A stretch of DNA of 64,000 bases from an uncultured Bacillota bacterium (GCA_963804645.1 CAWDRG010000017.1:448001-512000); one strand, 5' to 3'; positions 51,925-62,864 are shown, numbered from the stretch's first letter. Numbers and translations are program-made. The notes: generated by a model from the letters alone, not told the origin.

Positions 51925-53007
51925 CTGGCGGCCCGCACCAGCAGGATCGCGCCGGCGCCGCCGACGAGCACGTCGGGGAGCCAGGCGGCCAGTACGGGCG
52001 GGAGGAGGGCGCCGTCCGAGGCGAGCTGCGCGGGAATGGCCACCAGGTAGTACGCGACGAGCACGAGGATGCTGAGCCCGAAGCCCATGCTCGGGCCGGA
52101 GCGGTGCGGGCGCATGCTGAGCGGCAGCGCGATCAGCGCGAAGATCATGCAGCTGACGGCGCTCGCGATCCGCGTGTTGAGCTCCCCCACGTAGGCCCGC
52201 ACGTCCGCGCCCTCGCGGCGCAGCCTGACGAGCTGATGCACCAGCGTGTTCATGCTCATGTCCGACGGTTGCTCCGGTGGCACGGTGAACTCCTGCGGCG
52301 ACCGCGGCACCGTCACGTCGAGCGTGCTGAACTGGGTCGTGATGATGCTGCCGGCCTGAAACACGTACACGTGCCCCTTGCGGAACGTCCACTCCACCCC
52401 GCGGAGATACGCGGCGTCCTGGGCTTCGATCATCTGGAGCGGCTGTCCCCCCGTCAGGTACACGACCGTGACCCCCTCGAGGGTACGCGTGCGCGGGTCG
52501 TACCGGTGCGCGGTGTACAGCGCGTTGCCGCCGCTGGTCGGCGCCTGGAAAAACACGTTCTCCACCGGCCGGAACGCCGGGCCGTGCGCCATCACGTCGT
52601 TGAACACGGCTGCGGTACTGGTCGTCGCTGAGGCTGACGACGCCCTCCGAGAAGATGAGCACGCCCACGGTCGCGATCGCGCCGGCGATGACGAGCGGGA
52701 CCGCGATCCGGTACAAACTGATGCCGGAGACCCGCAGCGCGGCGACCTCGTTGTGGTCGGTCAGACGCCCGATGCCGAGCACGGTGGCAAGCAGCACCCC
52801 CATCGGCACGCTGAACGCGATGAAGTAGGGGATCTTGTAGGCCATCAGCACGAGCGCCGTTTCGAGGGCCACCCCCTGCCCGATCACCAGCCGGACGAGG
52901 TAGAACAGCTGGTTCATGATGAGCAGCACGCTGAACAGCCCGAGGCTGAACGGAAAGAACGACCCGACCTCGGTCCACACCAGGCGGTCGAGCAGCGTGC
53001 CGATCAC
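51921..53007 (-). CDS. LptF/LptG family LPS export permease (indel at ~52611)
   Basis: LLDRLV, NEVAALRVSGISL, ALIALPL, LAAWLP. Confidence 0.9.
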
Positions 53008-53759
53008 AGCCGGAACCCCTCGCCGAGATACAGCCGGCGGGCCTCCGGGTTCTCGAGGAGCTCCTCCGGCTGACCGCTCAGCAGAATCCGGCCGTCGTGA
53101 ATGATCTCGGCCCGGTCGGTGATCGCCAGCGTATCCCGGACGTTGTGGTCGCTGATGATCACCCCGAGCCCGCGCTCGCGCAGGTACCGGACGGTGTTCT
53201 GCAGCTCCTGGACCGATCGCGGATCGATGCCCGTGAACGGCTCGTCGAGCAGCAGGAACGCGGGGTTGAGCGCGAGCGCCCGGGCGATTTCCACGCGCCG
53301 GCGCTCACCGCCGGACAGCGTCCACGCGCGGTGATCCGACAGAGGCGTCAGCTCGAACTCGTCCAGGAGCTCCGTCACCCGCTCCCGCTGCGCGTCCGCC
53401 GGCATTTCCCGCTGCTGCTCGAGACACAGCCGCACGTTCTCGCGGACCGTGAGGCGCCGGAAGATCGACGGCTCCTGCGCGAGGTAGCCGAGCCCGTGCC
53501 GGACGCGCTGGTCGACCGGCTCGTGGGTGACGTCGTGGCTGCCGATCCACACCTCGCCCGCGTCCGGTTTGACGAGGCCGACCACCATGTAAAAGGTCGT
53601 CGTCTTCCCGGCGCCGTTCGGACCGAGCAGGCCGACGATCTCGCGCGGACGGACCGAGACCGACACGTCGTTCACGACCGTCCGCTCCTGGTAGCGCTTG
53701 ACCAGCCCGCTGGCCCGGAGCATTCCCCGCGAGCGCTCCAGCGGGATCACAGAGCTCAT
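53004..53759 (-). CDS. lptB: LPS export ATP-binding protein
   Basis: GPNGAGKTTTFY, QEPSIFR, LSGGERRRVEIARAL, DHNVRDTL. Confidence 0.95.
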   Translation of the reverse strand: MSSVIPLERSRGMLRASGLVKRYQERTVVNDVSVSVRPREIVGLLGPNGAGKTTTFYMVVGLVKPDAGEVWIGSHDVTHEPVDQRVRHGLGYLAQEPSIFRRLTVRENVRLCLEQQREMPADAQRERVTELLDEFELTPLSDHRAWTLSGGERRRVEIARALALNPAFLLLDEPFTGIDPRSVQELQNTVRYLRERGLGVIISDHNVRDTLAITDRAEIIHDGRILLSGQPEELLENPEARRLYLGEGFRL

Positions 53760-54721
53760 GGAGGCGACGACGGCCCCTCCTCACGCGGGTACGCGACGAT
53801 CGTCACGCTCCCGTCGGCCTGCGCCCGGTTCTGCGCGAGATCCATCGTGATCGTGTCGGCGTGCACGACGTCGCGGTCCCTGGTGAGCATCGCGTGACCC
53901 GAGAGCACCGCCGTGTCCGCGCCGCCGGCGTAGGTCGCCCGGTCGGCGACCGCGTGCACGTGCTGGCCGGCCCGGTCGAGCACGACGTGGCCGGTCGCCG
54001 TGGCATCGCGCGTGCCGAGGTTCGCCGAGATCGCGTCCGCCTGGATGTGATCCCCGCCGCGGGTCAGGGAGGCGTGGCCGTCCACCTGGGCGAGGCGCGT
54101 CGTCCGATCGTACGTGACGGCGTCGCCGCTGAGCGCTTCGTCGGCCCGGGTCCCCACGACGTGGCCGGTCGCGGTCACGTCGTGGTGGTCCGCATCGTCG
54201 CGCATCTCAATCCGGTCGGCCGACAGCTGCGTCCATTCCCCCTCGTCAAGCACGCGGCCTTGGGCGTGCCCGTCCGCGACGAGATGCCGCGCATTCAGCT
54301 CGGCGGTCAGGTGGTCCGCCGACAATTCCTCGGTCGGGCTGGAGATCGTGCCGCCCTCGGGCAGGTCCGCGGTGCGCGTCGTGCCGGTATAGAGCACGAC
54401 CGGGGCCACGAGACGCCGGACCCCCTGCGTGACCACGACCTGGGGGCCGCGAAATGCATACTGCTCCGTCGCGGCGTCGTATTGGATCTCGGTCGCGCCG
54501 ACGACGTCCACCGGCTCCGACGCCGCCGCGGCGGGCGCCGCTCCCGGTGCCGGGGCGGACGTGGCCGGCCCCGGGCTCTGCGCGAACGCCGGCGCCGACG
54601 CCGCGAGGACCACACACGCCCAGCCCGCAAGCGCCGCGTACGCGGCCGCGGTCCGCCGCGGGCGCGGACAGGCGCCCCGGCAACGGCGTGGCGATCCCCG
54701 ATCGGGCCGGCGGATCGTCAC
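53756..54721 (-). CDS. LptA/OstA family protein (extended beta-jellyroll)
   Basis: Signal peptide, repeated ATGHV/ADRATY/LSGHA strands; lies between lptC and lptB. Confidence 0.8.
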   Translation of the reverse strand: MTIRRPDRGSPRRCRGACPRPRRTAAAYAALAGWACVVLAASAPAFAQSPGPATSAPAPGAAPAAAASEPVDVVGATEIQYDAATEQYAFRGPQVVVTQGVRRLVAPVVLYTGTTRTADLPEGGTISSPTEELSADHLTAELNARHLVADGHAQGRVLDEGEWTQLSADRIEMRDDADHHDVTATGHVVGTRADEALSGDAVTYDRTTRLAQVDGHASLTRGGDHIQADAISANLGTRDATATGHVVLDRAGQHVHAVADRATYAGGADTAVLSGHAMLTRDRDVVHADTITMDLAQNRAQADGSVTIVAYPREEGPSSPP

Positions 54722-54722
54722 C

Positions 54723-55367
54723 TCATCGCACCGTCATGTGCACGTGCCCAAAGAACCGGGTTTCGCCGAGGCGGGTGTTCGAGGTCATGCGGTCGGCGTA
54801 CATGATCACCCGCTCCTCAAGCACCCGCACGTTTCCGACGCCGGTCACCATCTCGGAGGCGGGCGAATAGCTCAGCTTGTCGGCAAAGATTTCGCGCCCG
54901 TTGGTGCCGACGCCGTGCACGTCGCCGGCCAGTTCGACGTTCTTACTCTGGGTGTCGTAGGCGCCCGACCCGCCGGTCACCGTCATCGACGACCCGTCCG
55001 TGTTGTAGAACACCGCGTGCACGTTCTTGAGATGGACCTGCGTGCCATTCCTCGCCAACGACAGGTCGTCCGCGACGATCTGCCACCGCTTGCGGCCGGA
55101 GGCGTCGCGGCTCACGAGATTCCCGGCTCGGATCTCGCCGGTCGCGAGCGTGTCGGCCGACGGCTGCGTGCCGGCCGCGGTCGAGGCGGTCTGCGGCGGG
55201 GCGGCCTGCCCGTGGGGGGACGCCACGGGGGCACGCTCGGCCGTGGGGGCCGGCGCGGACGGCAATCCCGCCGAGCTCGTCCCGCCGCGGGGCATGAGGC
55301 TCCACGCGAGCGCGGCCACCAGCACCGCGGGCACACTCCAGATCATGATCCGTCGCAACACTGTCAT
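54723..55367 (-). CDS. lptC: LPS export periplasmic protein LptC
   Basis: N-terminal TM, WQIVAD, GAYDT..VELAGDV, ADKLSY. Confidence 0.8.
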   Translation of the reverse strand: MTVLRRIMIWSVPAVLVAALAWSLMPRGGTSSAGLPSAPAPTAERAPVASPHGQAAPPQTASTAAGTQPSADTLATGEIRAGNLVSRDASGRKRWQIVADDLSLARNGTQVHLKNVHAVFYNTDGSSMTVTGGSGAYDTQSKNVELAGDVHGVGTNGREIFADKLSYSPASEMVTGVGNVRVLEERVIMYADRMTSNTRLGETRFFGHVHMTVR

Positions 55368-55443
55368 GGCAGGCTCCAAGGGCGTTCACCCATACATATC
55401 CACGGCGCGGCACCCGTGTCACCGCACCGAAGACTCCACCACC

Positions 55444-56637
55444 CTATCGTATCGCGCGCCCCGCCCGCCTGTCCAGCGCTCGGAGGACTTCCTCGGCCGC
55501 CCGCATCATCACGCCCGGCGGACCAAGGCGGCGACGCACCTCCCGAAGATCCTCGCGGAGCGCCGCCCCGCCTCCGTCGAGCAGCCGGCGCACCTCGTCC
55601 TGGATCCGCGGGCCGGTCACCGCGCCCTGGACCAGTTCCGGCACGGCCGCGCGCCCGAGCACGATGTTCGGCACCGACCATCCGTGGCGGCCGGCGTCGG
55701 GGGTGAGGACGAACCGCCGCGCGATCCACTCGGTCAGGGGCGAGATACGGTAGACGACGACCATCGGCACTCCGATACACGCCGCCTGCACCGGCGCCGT
55801 TCCCGACGCGACCACGATCGCGTCCGAGGCGGCCATCACATCCAGCGCGCGCCCCTCGACGATCCGGACCGGCACGCCGCACCGCGCGGTCACGGACTCG
55901 ACGACCGGCCCGAGGTGGGCGGAGGCAAGCGGGAGCACGCACCGCAGGCGGCGGTCGGCCGCGAGCGCACGCGCGGCCGCAAGCATCGGCGGGAGCAGGG
56001 TGCGCACCTCCTGCGTGCGGCTCCCGGGCAGCAGCCCGAGCAGCGTCCCGTGCCCCGCGTCCCATTCCGCCCGCAGCGCGTCGCGCGACACGGTCCCGTC
56101 CGGCGCGTCCACGGCCGGATGCCCGACGTACTCGACGTCGGCCCCCGCGTTCCGGTACGCGTCCGCCTCAAACGGCAGCACCGCGAGCAGCCGGACGGCC
56201 GCGCGGGCCATGCGCGCCGCGGAGTGGCCGCGGCGGCCGTACGTCTGGGGGGGCACGAAGTACACGATCGGCAGCCGCCCGGAAAATGTCCGGACGAGCT
56301 CGCGGTTCACGCCGGGAAAATCGATCAGGAGCAGCACGTCGGGCCGGACGCGCTCGATCAGCCGCACGAGCCGCCAAAATCGGGCGGCGAACACCGGGAG
56401 GCGCACGTACGCCTCCACGTACCCGATCACCCCCCAGCGCGTGCTGTCGATCAGCACGTCCGCGCCGGCGCGCGCCATCGCGGGGCCGCCCACGCCGAGG
56501 ACGGTCAGGTCCGGCCGCAGGCCGCGGAGCGCCGCGATCAGCCCGCCGCCCTGGTGGTCCCCCGACACCTCGCCGGCGACCGCGAGGATGCGCGCGGGCC
56601 CGGGACCGCCGGATTCCGGGGGACTCGACCCGCCCAC
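55444..56637 (-). CDS. lpxB: lipid-A-disaccharide synthase
   Basis: AGEVSGD, IDFPGVN, YVGHP, LLPGSR, SGTA, PELVQ. Confidence 0.93.
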   Translation of the reverse strand: MGGSSPPESGGPGPARILAVAGEVSGDHQGGGLIAALRGLRPDLTVLGVGGPAMARAGADVLIDSTRWGVIGYVEAYVRLPVFAARFWRLVRLIERVRPDVLLLIDFPGVNRELVRTFSGRLPIVYFVPPQTYGRRGHSAARMARAAVRLLAVLPFEADAYRNAGADVEYVGHPAVDAPDGTVSRDALRAEWDAGHGTLLGLLPGSRTQEVRTLLPPMLAAARALAADRRLRCVLPLASAHLGPVVESVTARCGVPVRIVEGRALDVMAASDAIVVASGTAPVQAACIGVPMVVVYRISPLTEWIARRFVLTPDAGRHGWSVPNIVLGRAAVPELVQGAVTGPRIQDEVRRLLDGGGAALREDLREVRRRLGPPGVMMRAAEEVLRALDRRAGRAIR

Positions 56638-56640
56638 CGC

Positions 56641-57483
56641 CTACCCGGCGCCCGGCATCTCCACCGCGGCGACCGCGATGCCCGCCGCGTCGGCCGCGGC
56701 GACGAGCGCGTCCCGGTCGAGCAAGATCGTGCGCCCAGCCTCGACGACGAGCGCCGTGCCGCGCGCCTCGGCGAGCGCGGCAACCGTGCCCGGCCCGATC
56801 ACCGGCAGATCGTACCGCGGATCCTGACGCGGCCGGCTGACCTTCACAATGACCACCCCGTCCGCGAGGCCGCCCGAGCGGCGGATCATCGCGTCGGTGC
56901 CCTCCGCCGCTTCGACGGCGACGACGACCCCGCGGCCCACGGCGACGGCCTGGCCGATGTCGAGGCCCGCGATCCCCCGCGCGATCCGGAGGCCGAGCGC
57001 CGCGTCCCGGGACTCGTCCGCGGTGAGCGCCCTCGCGCCGAGCGTTCCCACCGAGGGAACCAGGTCCTCGATATACCGGGTCTGGCTCGCCACCGCAAAC
57101 CCCGCCTCCTCGAGGACCGCCACCAACATCGAGAGGATGCTCGCGTCCCGCAAGTCGCCGAGCCCCGCGAGCCGGACCGCGGCCGCGGCGCCCTCGGCGT
57201 CGAAGCGCACGTCCCGCATCGCCGTCAGCTTGTCGACCTTGCCGGCGAGCACGATCTCACGCACGGCGTGGCGGCGGAGGGCGGCGATCATCGCGCCGAG
57301 CTCGCCGATCGACACGGCGTAGTACGCGTCCGCAATCTCACGGAGCGCAGGATCGCTGTCCACGGGGGACACGCAGATCACCGCCCGGCCCCGGCGGCGC
57401 GCGCCCTCGGCGATCTCAACAGGCAGCCGCCCTCCGGCGGCGATCAACCCGACTGGCTCGACCGGGGCGGCGTCCGCGATCAC
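56641..57483 (-). CDS. lpxI: UDP-2,3-diacylglucosamine pyrophosphatase
   Basis: GLIAAGGRLP, DIGQAVAV, AVEAAEGTDAMIRR, QDPRYDLPVIG. Confidence 0.92.
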   Translation of the reverse strand: MIADAAPVEPVGLIAAGGRLPVEIAEGARRRGRAVICVSPVDSDPALREIADAYYAVSIGELGAMIAALRRHAVREIVLAGKVDKLTAMRDVRFDAEGAAAAVRLAGLGDLRDASILSMLVAVLEEAGFAVASQTRYIEDLVPSVGTLGARALTADESRDAALGLRIARGIAGLDIGQAVAVGRGVVVAVEAAEGTDAMIRRSGGLADGVVIVKVSRPRQDPRYDLPVIGPGTVAALAEARGTALVVEAGRTILLDRDALVAAADAAGIAVAAVEMPGAG

Positions 57484-58298
57484 CGTGCAAACCCCGCGCC
57501 CCGCGCTCGGCTGGCACGAATGAACTCGACGAGGTGCGTGATCTCCGGGCTGGGCTCGATCTCCGCTTCGATGCGCGCCAGCGCGTGCGCGAGGTCGAGC
57601 CCGGACCGCACGAGCAGCCGATGCGCGCGCCGCAAACTCTCCCGGGTGCTGCGCGGGATGCCCGCGCGCTCGAGCCCAACGCGGTTCGTCGCCACGGTCC
57701 GGATCGGATTCCCGGACACCAGCATATACGGCAGCACGTCCTGCACCACCCGGCTGAAGCCGGCGATCATCGCGAGGCTGCCCACGTGCGCTCGCTGGAT
57801 GATCCCGACCATCCCCCCGAGCACGGCCCGGTCCTCGATCACGACGTGCCCGGCGATCTGGCACATGTTGGTGATGAGCACGCCGCGGCCGATCCGGCAG
57901 TTGTGGCCGGCGTGCGAGTACGCGAGCATCTCCGTGTCGTCCCCCACGACCGTCTCTGCCCCGTCCCCGGTCGCGCGGCTCAACGACACGTACTCCCGCA
58001 GAATCACGCGGTCGCCGATCCGAAGACGGCTGCGCTCGCCCGAGAAGTGGCGGTCCTGAGGCGGACCGCCGAGAATGGCGCCGGCCGAGACGCGGCAGTC
58101 GCGCCCCAACTCCGTGTCCTGCTCGAGCAGCACGTGGGGCCCGATCCACGTGCCGTCGCCGATCCGCACGCGCGGGTGGATCACCGAGTAGGCGTCGATC
58201 CGCACCCCCGCGCCGAGTTCGGCCGTCGGGTCCACGAGCGCCGTCGGATGGATCTCCACGCCGGCGGCACGGGGCGACGACCGCTCAGCCGCGCTCAC
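57480..58298 (-). CDS. lpxA: acyl-ACP--UDP-GlcNAc O-acyltransferase
   Basis: IHPTALVD hexapeptide repeats, GGPPQD, SHAGHNC, NRVGLER. Confidence 0.93.
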   Translation of the reverse strand: MSAAERSSPRAAGVEIHPTALVDPTAELGAGVRIDAYSVIHPRVRIGDGTWIGPHVLLEQDTELGRDCRVSAGAILGGPPQDRHFSGERSRLRIGDRVILREYVSLSRATGDGAETVVGDDTEMLAYSHAGHNCRIGRGVLITNMCQIAGHVVIEDRAVLGGMVGIIQRAHVGSLAMIAGFSRVVQDVLPYMLVSGNPIRTVATNRVGLERAGIPRSTRESLRRAHRLLVRSGLDLAHALARIEAEIEPSPEITHLVEFIRASRARGAGFAR

Positions 58299-58806
58299 CC
58301 ACGGCCTCCTCGCGCTGCACCGGCGCCCCGCCGTCGGCCGGGTCCATCTCAGCCATGCTCATCAGCGAATACGTCAGCATCCCCTCGGCCACGACGACGC
58401 CGCCCACGCGTGAAATCGCGTGGGCCTTCCCGAAGCGGCCGCGCGTCCGCACCAGGACCGCCTCGGTGATCAATTGATCGCCCGGACGCACGGGCCGTCG
58501 GAACCGCACCCGGTCGATGCTGGCGAAGTACGGCACCCGCCCCTCGCTGCCCGGGGTCAGGGCCACGAGCACGCCCCCGACCTGGGCCATCGCTTCCACG
58601 ATCAGCACACCCGGCATCACGGGGTGCGACGGAAAGTGTCCCACGAAAAACGGCTCGTTGATCGACACGTTCTTCAGGCCGACGATCCGCTTGCCGGGGT
58701 CCACTTCGAGGATGCGGTCGACGAGGAGCAGCGGGTACCGGTGCGGCAGCTTCACCATGATCTGCAGGACGTCCATCGCGCCGAGCTTCCGATCGTCCAC
58801 GGTCAT
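58285..58806 (-). CDS. fabZ: 3-hydroxyacyl-ACP dehydratase
   Basis: [29 protein letters not shown]. Confidence 0.96.
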   Translation of the reverse strand: MTVDDRKLGAMDVLQIMVKLPHRYPLLLVDRILEVDPGKRIVGLKNVSINEPFFVGHFPSHPVMPGVLIVEAMAQVGGVLVALTPGSEGRVPYFASIDRVRFRRPVRPGDQLITEAVLVRTRGRFGKAHAISRVGGVVVAEGMLTYSLMSMAEMDPADGGAPVQREEAVGERG

Positions 58807-59645
58807 CCCCCCTGTTCGCCGAACCCGGCGCGCGGCGCAAGCGCGCGCGCGAGCGCCACGTGCAGCCGGTGGCCCCCGCGGACGACCACGACCCGTCCGC
58901 GGATCGGACGGCCGAGCAGCGCGAGATCCCCCACCAAGTCGAGCAGCTTGTGCCGCGCGGGCTCATTCGGGAACCGCGGCGGGTTGAGAAAGCCTCCCTC
59001 GCGGATCACCAGCGTGTTCTCGAGGCTGGCGCCGAGCGCCAGCCCTCGCGCGCGCAGCGCCTCCGCATCCCGCTCATACCCCCACGTTCGCGCCGGGGCG
59101 ATCGCTTCCTCGTACGCGGCCGGCCCCCCATCGTACGTGGCCGCCTGGTCCCCAAGACCCGCGGTCAGCGTGACGACGTACGCCGCGGAGAACTGCGGAG
59201 CGGGCAGCGCGACCGCCCAGGCGTCCCCGTCCGCCACCCAGACCGGCTCGCGCACCACGAACGGCCGGCGCGGCGCCCCGAGCACGCGCTCGCCGGCCCG
59301 GTGGAGCGCACGGACGATCGGCAGCGCGCTCCCGTCGAGCCCAGGGAACTCGGGGCCGTCAACGTCGACGGCGAGATTGTCCACGCCGAGCGAGACCGCG
59401 GCCGACAGCAGATGCTCGACGGTCGAGACGCCCTCGGCCCCCCCGAGCGTCACGCATCCGGCGGTCCCGGTCACGGAATCGAGCACCGCCGGAATCGGCG
59501 GGCCCGCCCGGTCGGTCCGGCGGAACACGATCCCCGCGCCGTCGGGCGCGGGCCGCAGGGTCGCCCTGACCGCGCGTCCCGTGTGGAGGCCGATCCCTTC
59601 AACTGTGACCGCGGACGCGATCGTGCCCTGACGCCCCGGCGTCAC
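58803..59645 (-). CDS. lpxC: UDP-3-O-acyl-GlcNAc deacetylase
   Basis: [35 protein letters not shown]. Confidence 0.95.
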   Translation of the reverse strand: MTPGRQGTIASAVTVEGIGLHTGRAVRATLRPAPDGAGIVFRRTDRAGPPIPAVLDSVTGTAGCVTLGGAEGVSTVEHLLSAAVSLGVDNLAVDVDGPEFPGLDGSALPIVRALHRAGERVLGAPRRPFVVREPVWVADGDAWAVALPAPQFSAAYVVTLTAGLGDQAATYDGGPAAYEEAIAPARTWGYERDAEALRARGLALGASLENTLVIREGGFLNPPRFPNEPARHKLLDLVGDLALLGRPIRGRVVVVRGGHRLHVALARALAPRAGFGEQGG

Positions 59646-59695
59646 CCCGCCACCGCATCCGGGGCCGCCGGTGGGCGTGAATCCGCGCGCCGCAT

Positions 59696-60709
59696 CTAGG
59701 AACGCCCCTCAAGCCGCGCGACCCGGCGCCGGAGCTCGGCAAGCTCCCGCATCAGCGCGGGCACCCGCCGCGCCGCGGCCTCGGCACGGCGCTGCTCCAT
59801 CCGCGGACGCGCCGGGCGCCCCGCCACCACGGCACCGGGCGGCACGCTGCGGGTCACCGCGGTATCGCCGAGCACGACCGCGTCGTCGCCGACGGTCAGG
59901 TGGTCCGCGACCCCGCTCATGCCCCCGATCAGCACCCGGTGACCGATCTGCGCGCTGCCGGCGATGAACACTGCGGCCGCCATCGCCACATCCTCGCCGA
60001 TCTGCACGTTGTGGCCGATGTGCACGTAGTTGTCGAGCTTCGTGCCCCGCCCGACGCGGGTGACCCCGAGCGTCGCCCGGTCCACCGCCGAGTTCGCGCC
60101 GATCTCGACGTCGTCCCCGAGGACGACCGTGCCGATCTGGGGAATCGCGACATGCCGTTTCCCGTCCTGGGCGTACCCAAACCCGTCGCTGCCGATCACG
60201 GTCCCGGTCTGGAGGACGACGCGGGCCCCGACCTGGCACCCGTGCCGGACTGTCACGTGGGGGTGCAGCACCGCATCGGGCCCGATGCGCACGCCGTCCT
60301 CGATCACGGCGTGCGCCTGCACCTGCGCGCGGTCTCCGATCTCCACGTCGTCCCCCACCACCACGTACGGGCCGAGGGAGACGCCGGCGCCGAGGCGGGC
60401 GCGCGCGCCGATCACAGCGGTCTCGTGCACCCCGGGCCGCGGGATCGCAGCCGGCGCGAGCGCGCGCAGGGCCAGCGCGAGCGCGAGCCTGGTGTTGCGG
60501 ACGCGGATGGCGGGCAGGCGTGTCTCGGGAGCGCCTTCGGGCAGGATCACCGCGGCGGCGGCCTCGATTCCGGACAGCAGGCGGGCATCCGACACGACGA
60601 CCACCGCGCCGGGGCCCGCCTCGTCGGGCGGCGCGACCGACGTGATCTCGACCGCGGGCTCGCCGACCGCCCGCCCGCCGACCGCCCGGGCCAGATCGTC
60701 GAGCCGCAT
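59696..60709 (-). CDS. lpxD: UDP-3-O-(3-hydroxyacyl)glucosamine N-acyltransferase
   Basis: IGSDGFGY, IPQIG, VEIGAN, DRAT, KLDNYVHIGHNV. Confidence 0.95.
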   Translation of the reverse strand: MRLDDLARAVGGRAVGEPAVEITSVAPPDEAGPGAVVVVSDARLLSGIEAAAAVILPEGAPETRLPAIRVRNTRLALALALRALAPAAIPRPGVHETAVIGARARLGAGVSLGPYVVVGDDVEIGDRAQVQAHAVIEDGVRIGPDAVLHPHVTVRHGCQVGARVVLQTGTVIGSDGFGYAQDGKRHVAIPQIGTVVLGDDVEIGANSAVDRATLGVTRVGRGTKLDNYVHIGHNVQIGEDVAMAAAVFIAGSAQIGHRVLIGGMSGVADHLTVGDDAVVLGDTAVTRSVPPGAVVAGRPARPRMEQRRAEAAARRVPALMRELAELRRRVARLEGRS

Positions 60710-60726
60710 CGCCGCCCCCCGGAACG

Positions 60727-61135
60727 CTACTTCGACAGCCGGTCGATGACCTGCTGGGTGATGTCCGTGCCGCCGACCTCGCGCCTGGCCCTTGACCAGC
60801 ACGATGCGCAGCCCGTCCTGGCGCGCCACCTGTCCCGCCGCGTCGTCCAGCTGGGCGTTGAGTTTGCCCTCGAGATCCACCTGCATCTGCTGCAGCTGCG
60901 TCGCCAGGCTCGCCCGGCGCGCGTTCAGTTCGGCCGGGCTGACCTGCCCCTGCAGGGCCGTGAGCTCGGCGACCATCTGCTTCTCCCGATCGTCGAGCTG
61001 CTTCTGATACTGCAGCCCGACGACGCTCTCGTTCAGCACGCGCTGCGTGTCCACGACGCCGATCGACGCTCCGCCGCACCCGCTGACGAGCCCCACGGCC
61101 GCCACGACCAGCAGCGCCCCCCAGAACCGCGACAT
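60727..61135 (-). CDS. OmpH/Skp family protein with lipobox (extra base at ~60780)
   Basis: LVSGC lipobox, IGVVDTQRVL; corrected end GGTDITQQVIDRLSK*. Confidence 0.85.
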
Positions 61136-61148
61136 CAGACCCCTCCCG

Positions 61149-62353
61149 CTACCGCTTGATTCGCGCGATCAGTTCGTCGGTGATATCCGTCACGTCGACC
61201 GTGCCAACCGCCCGTGTCAGGATGACATCATAGCCCTGTTCCTGGGCCAGCGCCGTGGCCTCCACCCGCACGTCCGCGAGAATGCTGTCCAGGAGGCGCC
61301 CGCGCTCGTCCTGGGCCTCCTGGAGCTGGGCCCGCAGGGACTGAGCCTCGGCCTGGGCTCCGGCGATCGCCTGCTGCTGCGCGCGCGCCACCTGCGCGCG
61401 CGCCCCCGCGACCAGCGCCTGCTCGCGCGTCGTGAGCACGGCTTTGATCTGCGTGTTCATCTGCGCGTTGAGCTGCGCCTGTTTGGCGGTGAGCTGGGCG
61501 TGGAAGGTCTTTTCCAGCTCGGCCTGCTTTTGCGCGAGCTGCTTCTGGCCCTCCGCGGTCAGCTGCGCTTCCAGGTCCTTGATCTGCTGCTCGTACGCGT
61601 CCTGCTGCTGCTTCTGGAAGTCGGCCAGCGCCTGCTGATTGGCCTTCTCGTGCGCGGCGGTCTTGGCGTCCCGCTCCGCCGTCAGCGCCTGGATCTGCTG
61701 CGCGACGGCCTGCTGCTGCGCGCGGTCGGCGCCCTGCACCGCCGTCTGCTTGAGCTGAAGGTTCAGCAGCGGCAGCCGGTACTGGTCCAGCATCTGCTCC
61801 TGATACTGGGCGGTGTCCTGGTTCAGGGACTGCTGCTTGTCGTCGACCGCCTTCTGCACTTGGGCCTGCAGCGCTTTCTGCTGTGTGTCAAACTCCGTCT
61901 GCTGCTGCCGCGTGCACCTGCGCCGCGTAGGCTTCGAGCTCCTTTTGGGACGCAGCGCGCAGTGCCGTGGCCGTCTGCGTGAACTGCTGCTCGAACTGCG
62001 GCCGCGCCGCCGCGAGCTCCTGCTGCGCCGTGGCCTGGAACGCGGGCTCGAGGTTGATCTGCGGCACCTGCAGCTGCGGCGCGATCGCGTTGAGCTGCCC
62101 CTCGAGGTCGGCGATGCGGCGGTCCAGCGCGTCTACGTCGCCCCAGCGCGGGTGGGCGCGGATGACCTTCTCGAAATCCACGACCACGACCTTGGGGCCC
62201 GCCGACGCGGTCGCACTGACCGTCGGGGACGTCGTCCCCTGACTCGCCGGTCGCGTGTCCCTGGCACCCCGCGAGCAGGAACACGAGCGGGAGACCCGCC
62301 CACGCCAGCCACCCGCGGCGCCGCCGGCGCGCGTCCCCGTGAGATGCGGCCAT
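61149..62353 (-). CDS. elongated OmpH/Skp-like lipoprotein (indels at ~61908 and ~62238)
   Basis: LLAGC lipobox, VVVDFEKVIRAHPRW, long Q/A coiled coil, GYDVIL..DITDELI. Confidence 0.8.
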
Positions 62354-62387
62354 CGTCACCCTGCGCACCGCGCCGCTCGCCCGCCGC

Positions 62388-62864
62388 TCACTTGGAGTTG
62401 AGGGCCTTGATCACTTGATCGGTCAGGTCCACGCCGCCGTACAGGACCGCGGTGCGGTCGAGCACGATGGAGACGCCCTGCTGCGTGGCGACTTTTTGGA
62501 TCGCCGCCCGAATGTCTTTGTCGAGGCCGCCGAGCAGCTCGGCGCGCTTGTTGAAGATCGTCTGATCGACCTGACGCTGCAGGTCCTGCTTCTGCGCCGG
62601 CGTCATCGTCTTCATTTTCGCCTGCGCGTCGGCGATCTGCGCCTGCGCAAAATCGCGCAGCGCGGACTCGGCCGCGGCCTTGTTCGGGTGCGCGTTGAGC
62701 GCCCGCGTCATGTCGACGAAGCCGATCGTGTTCGCCTGGCTTCCGAACGCCGGCGCCACCCCGCGCGTCGTCGCGACGTACCCGGCCCCTGCGAGCACGA
62801 CGATCACCGCGACTGCGATCCCGATCATCTTGGCGTTCCACGTGTTTGTGCCCCACCGCATCAT
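62388..62864 (-). CDS. OmpH/Skp family outer-membrane chaperone
   Basis: IGFVDMTRALNAHP, GVSIVLD..VLYGGVDLTDQV. Confidence 0.9.
   Translation of the reverse strand: MMRWGTNTWNAKMIGIAVAVIVVLAGAGYVATTRGVAPAFGSQANTIGFVDMTRALNAHPNKAAAESALRDFAQAQIADAQAKMKTMTPAQKQDLQRQVDQTIFNKRAELLGGLDKDIRAAIQKVATQQGVSIVLDRTAVLYGGVDLTDQVIKALNSK

Noticed and set aside
50551..53007. 818-aa LptF/G-ArnT fusion
   Set aside because: Produced by an indel at ~52611; the LptF/G C-terminal half is intact in another frame (51921-52607).
59696..61135. 479-aa OmpH-LpxD fusion
   Set aside because: An extra base at ~60780; corrected OmpH stops at 60727 and lpxD starts at 60709.
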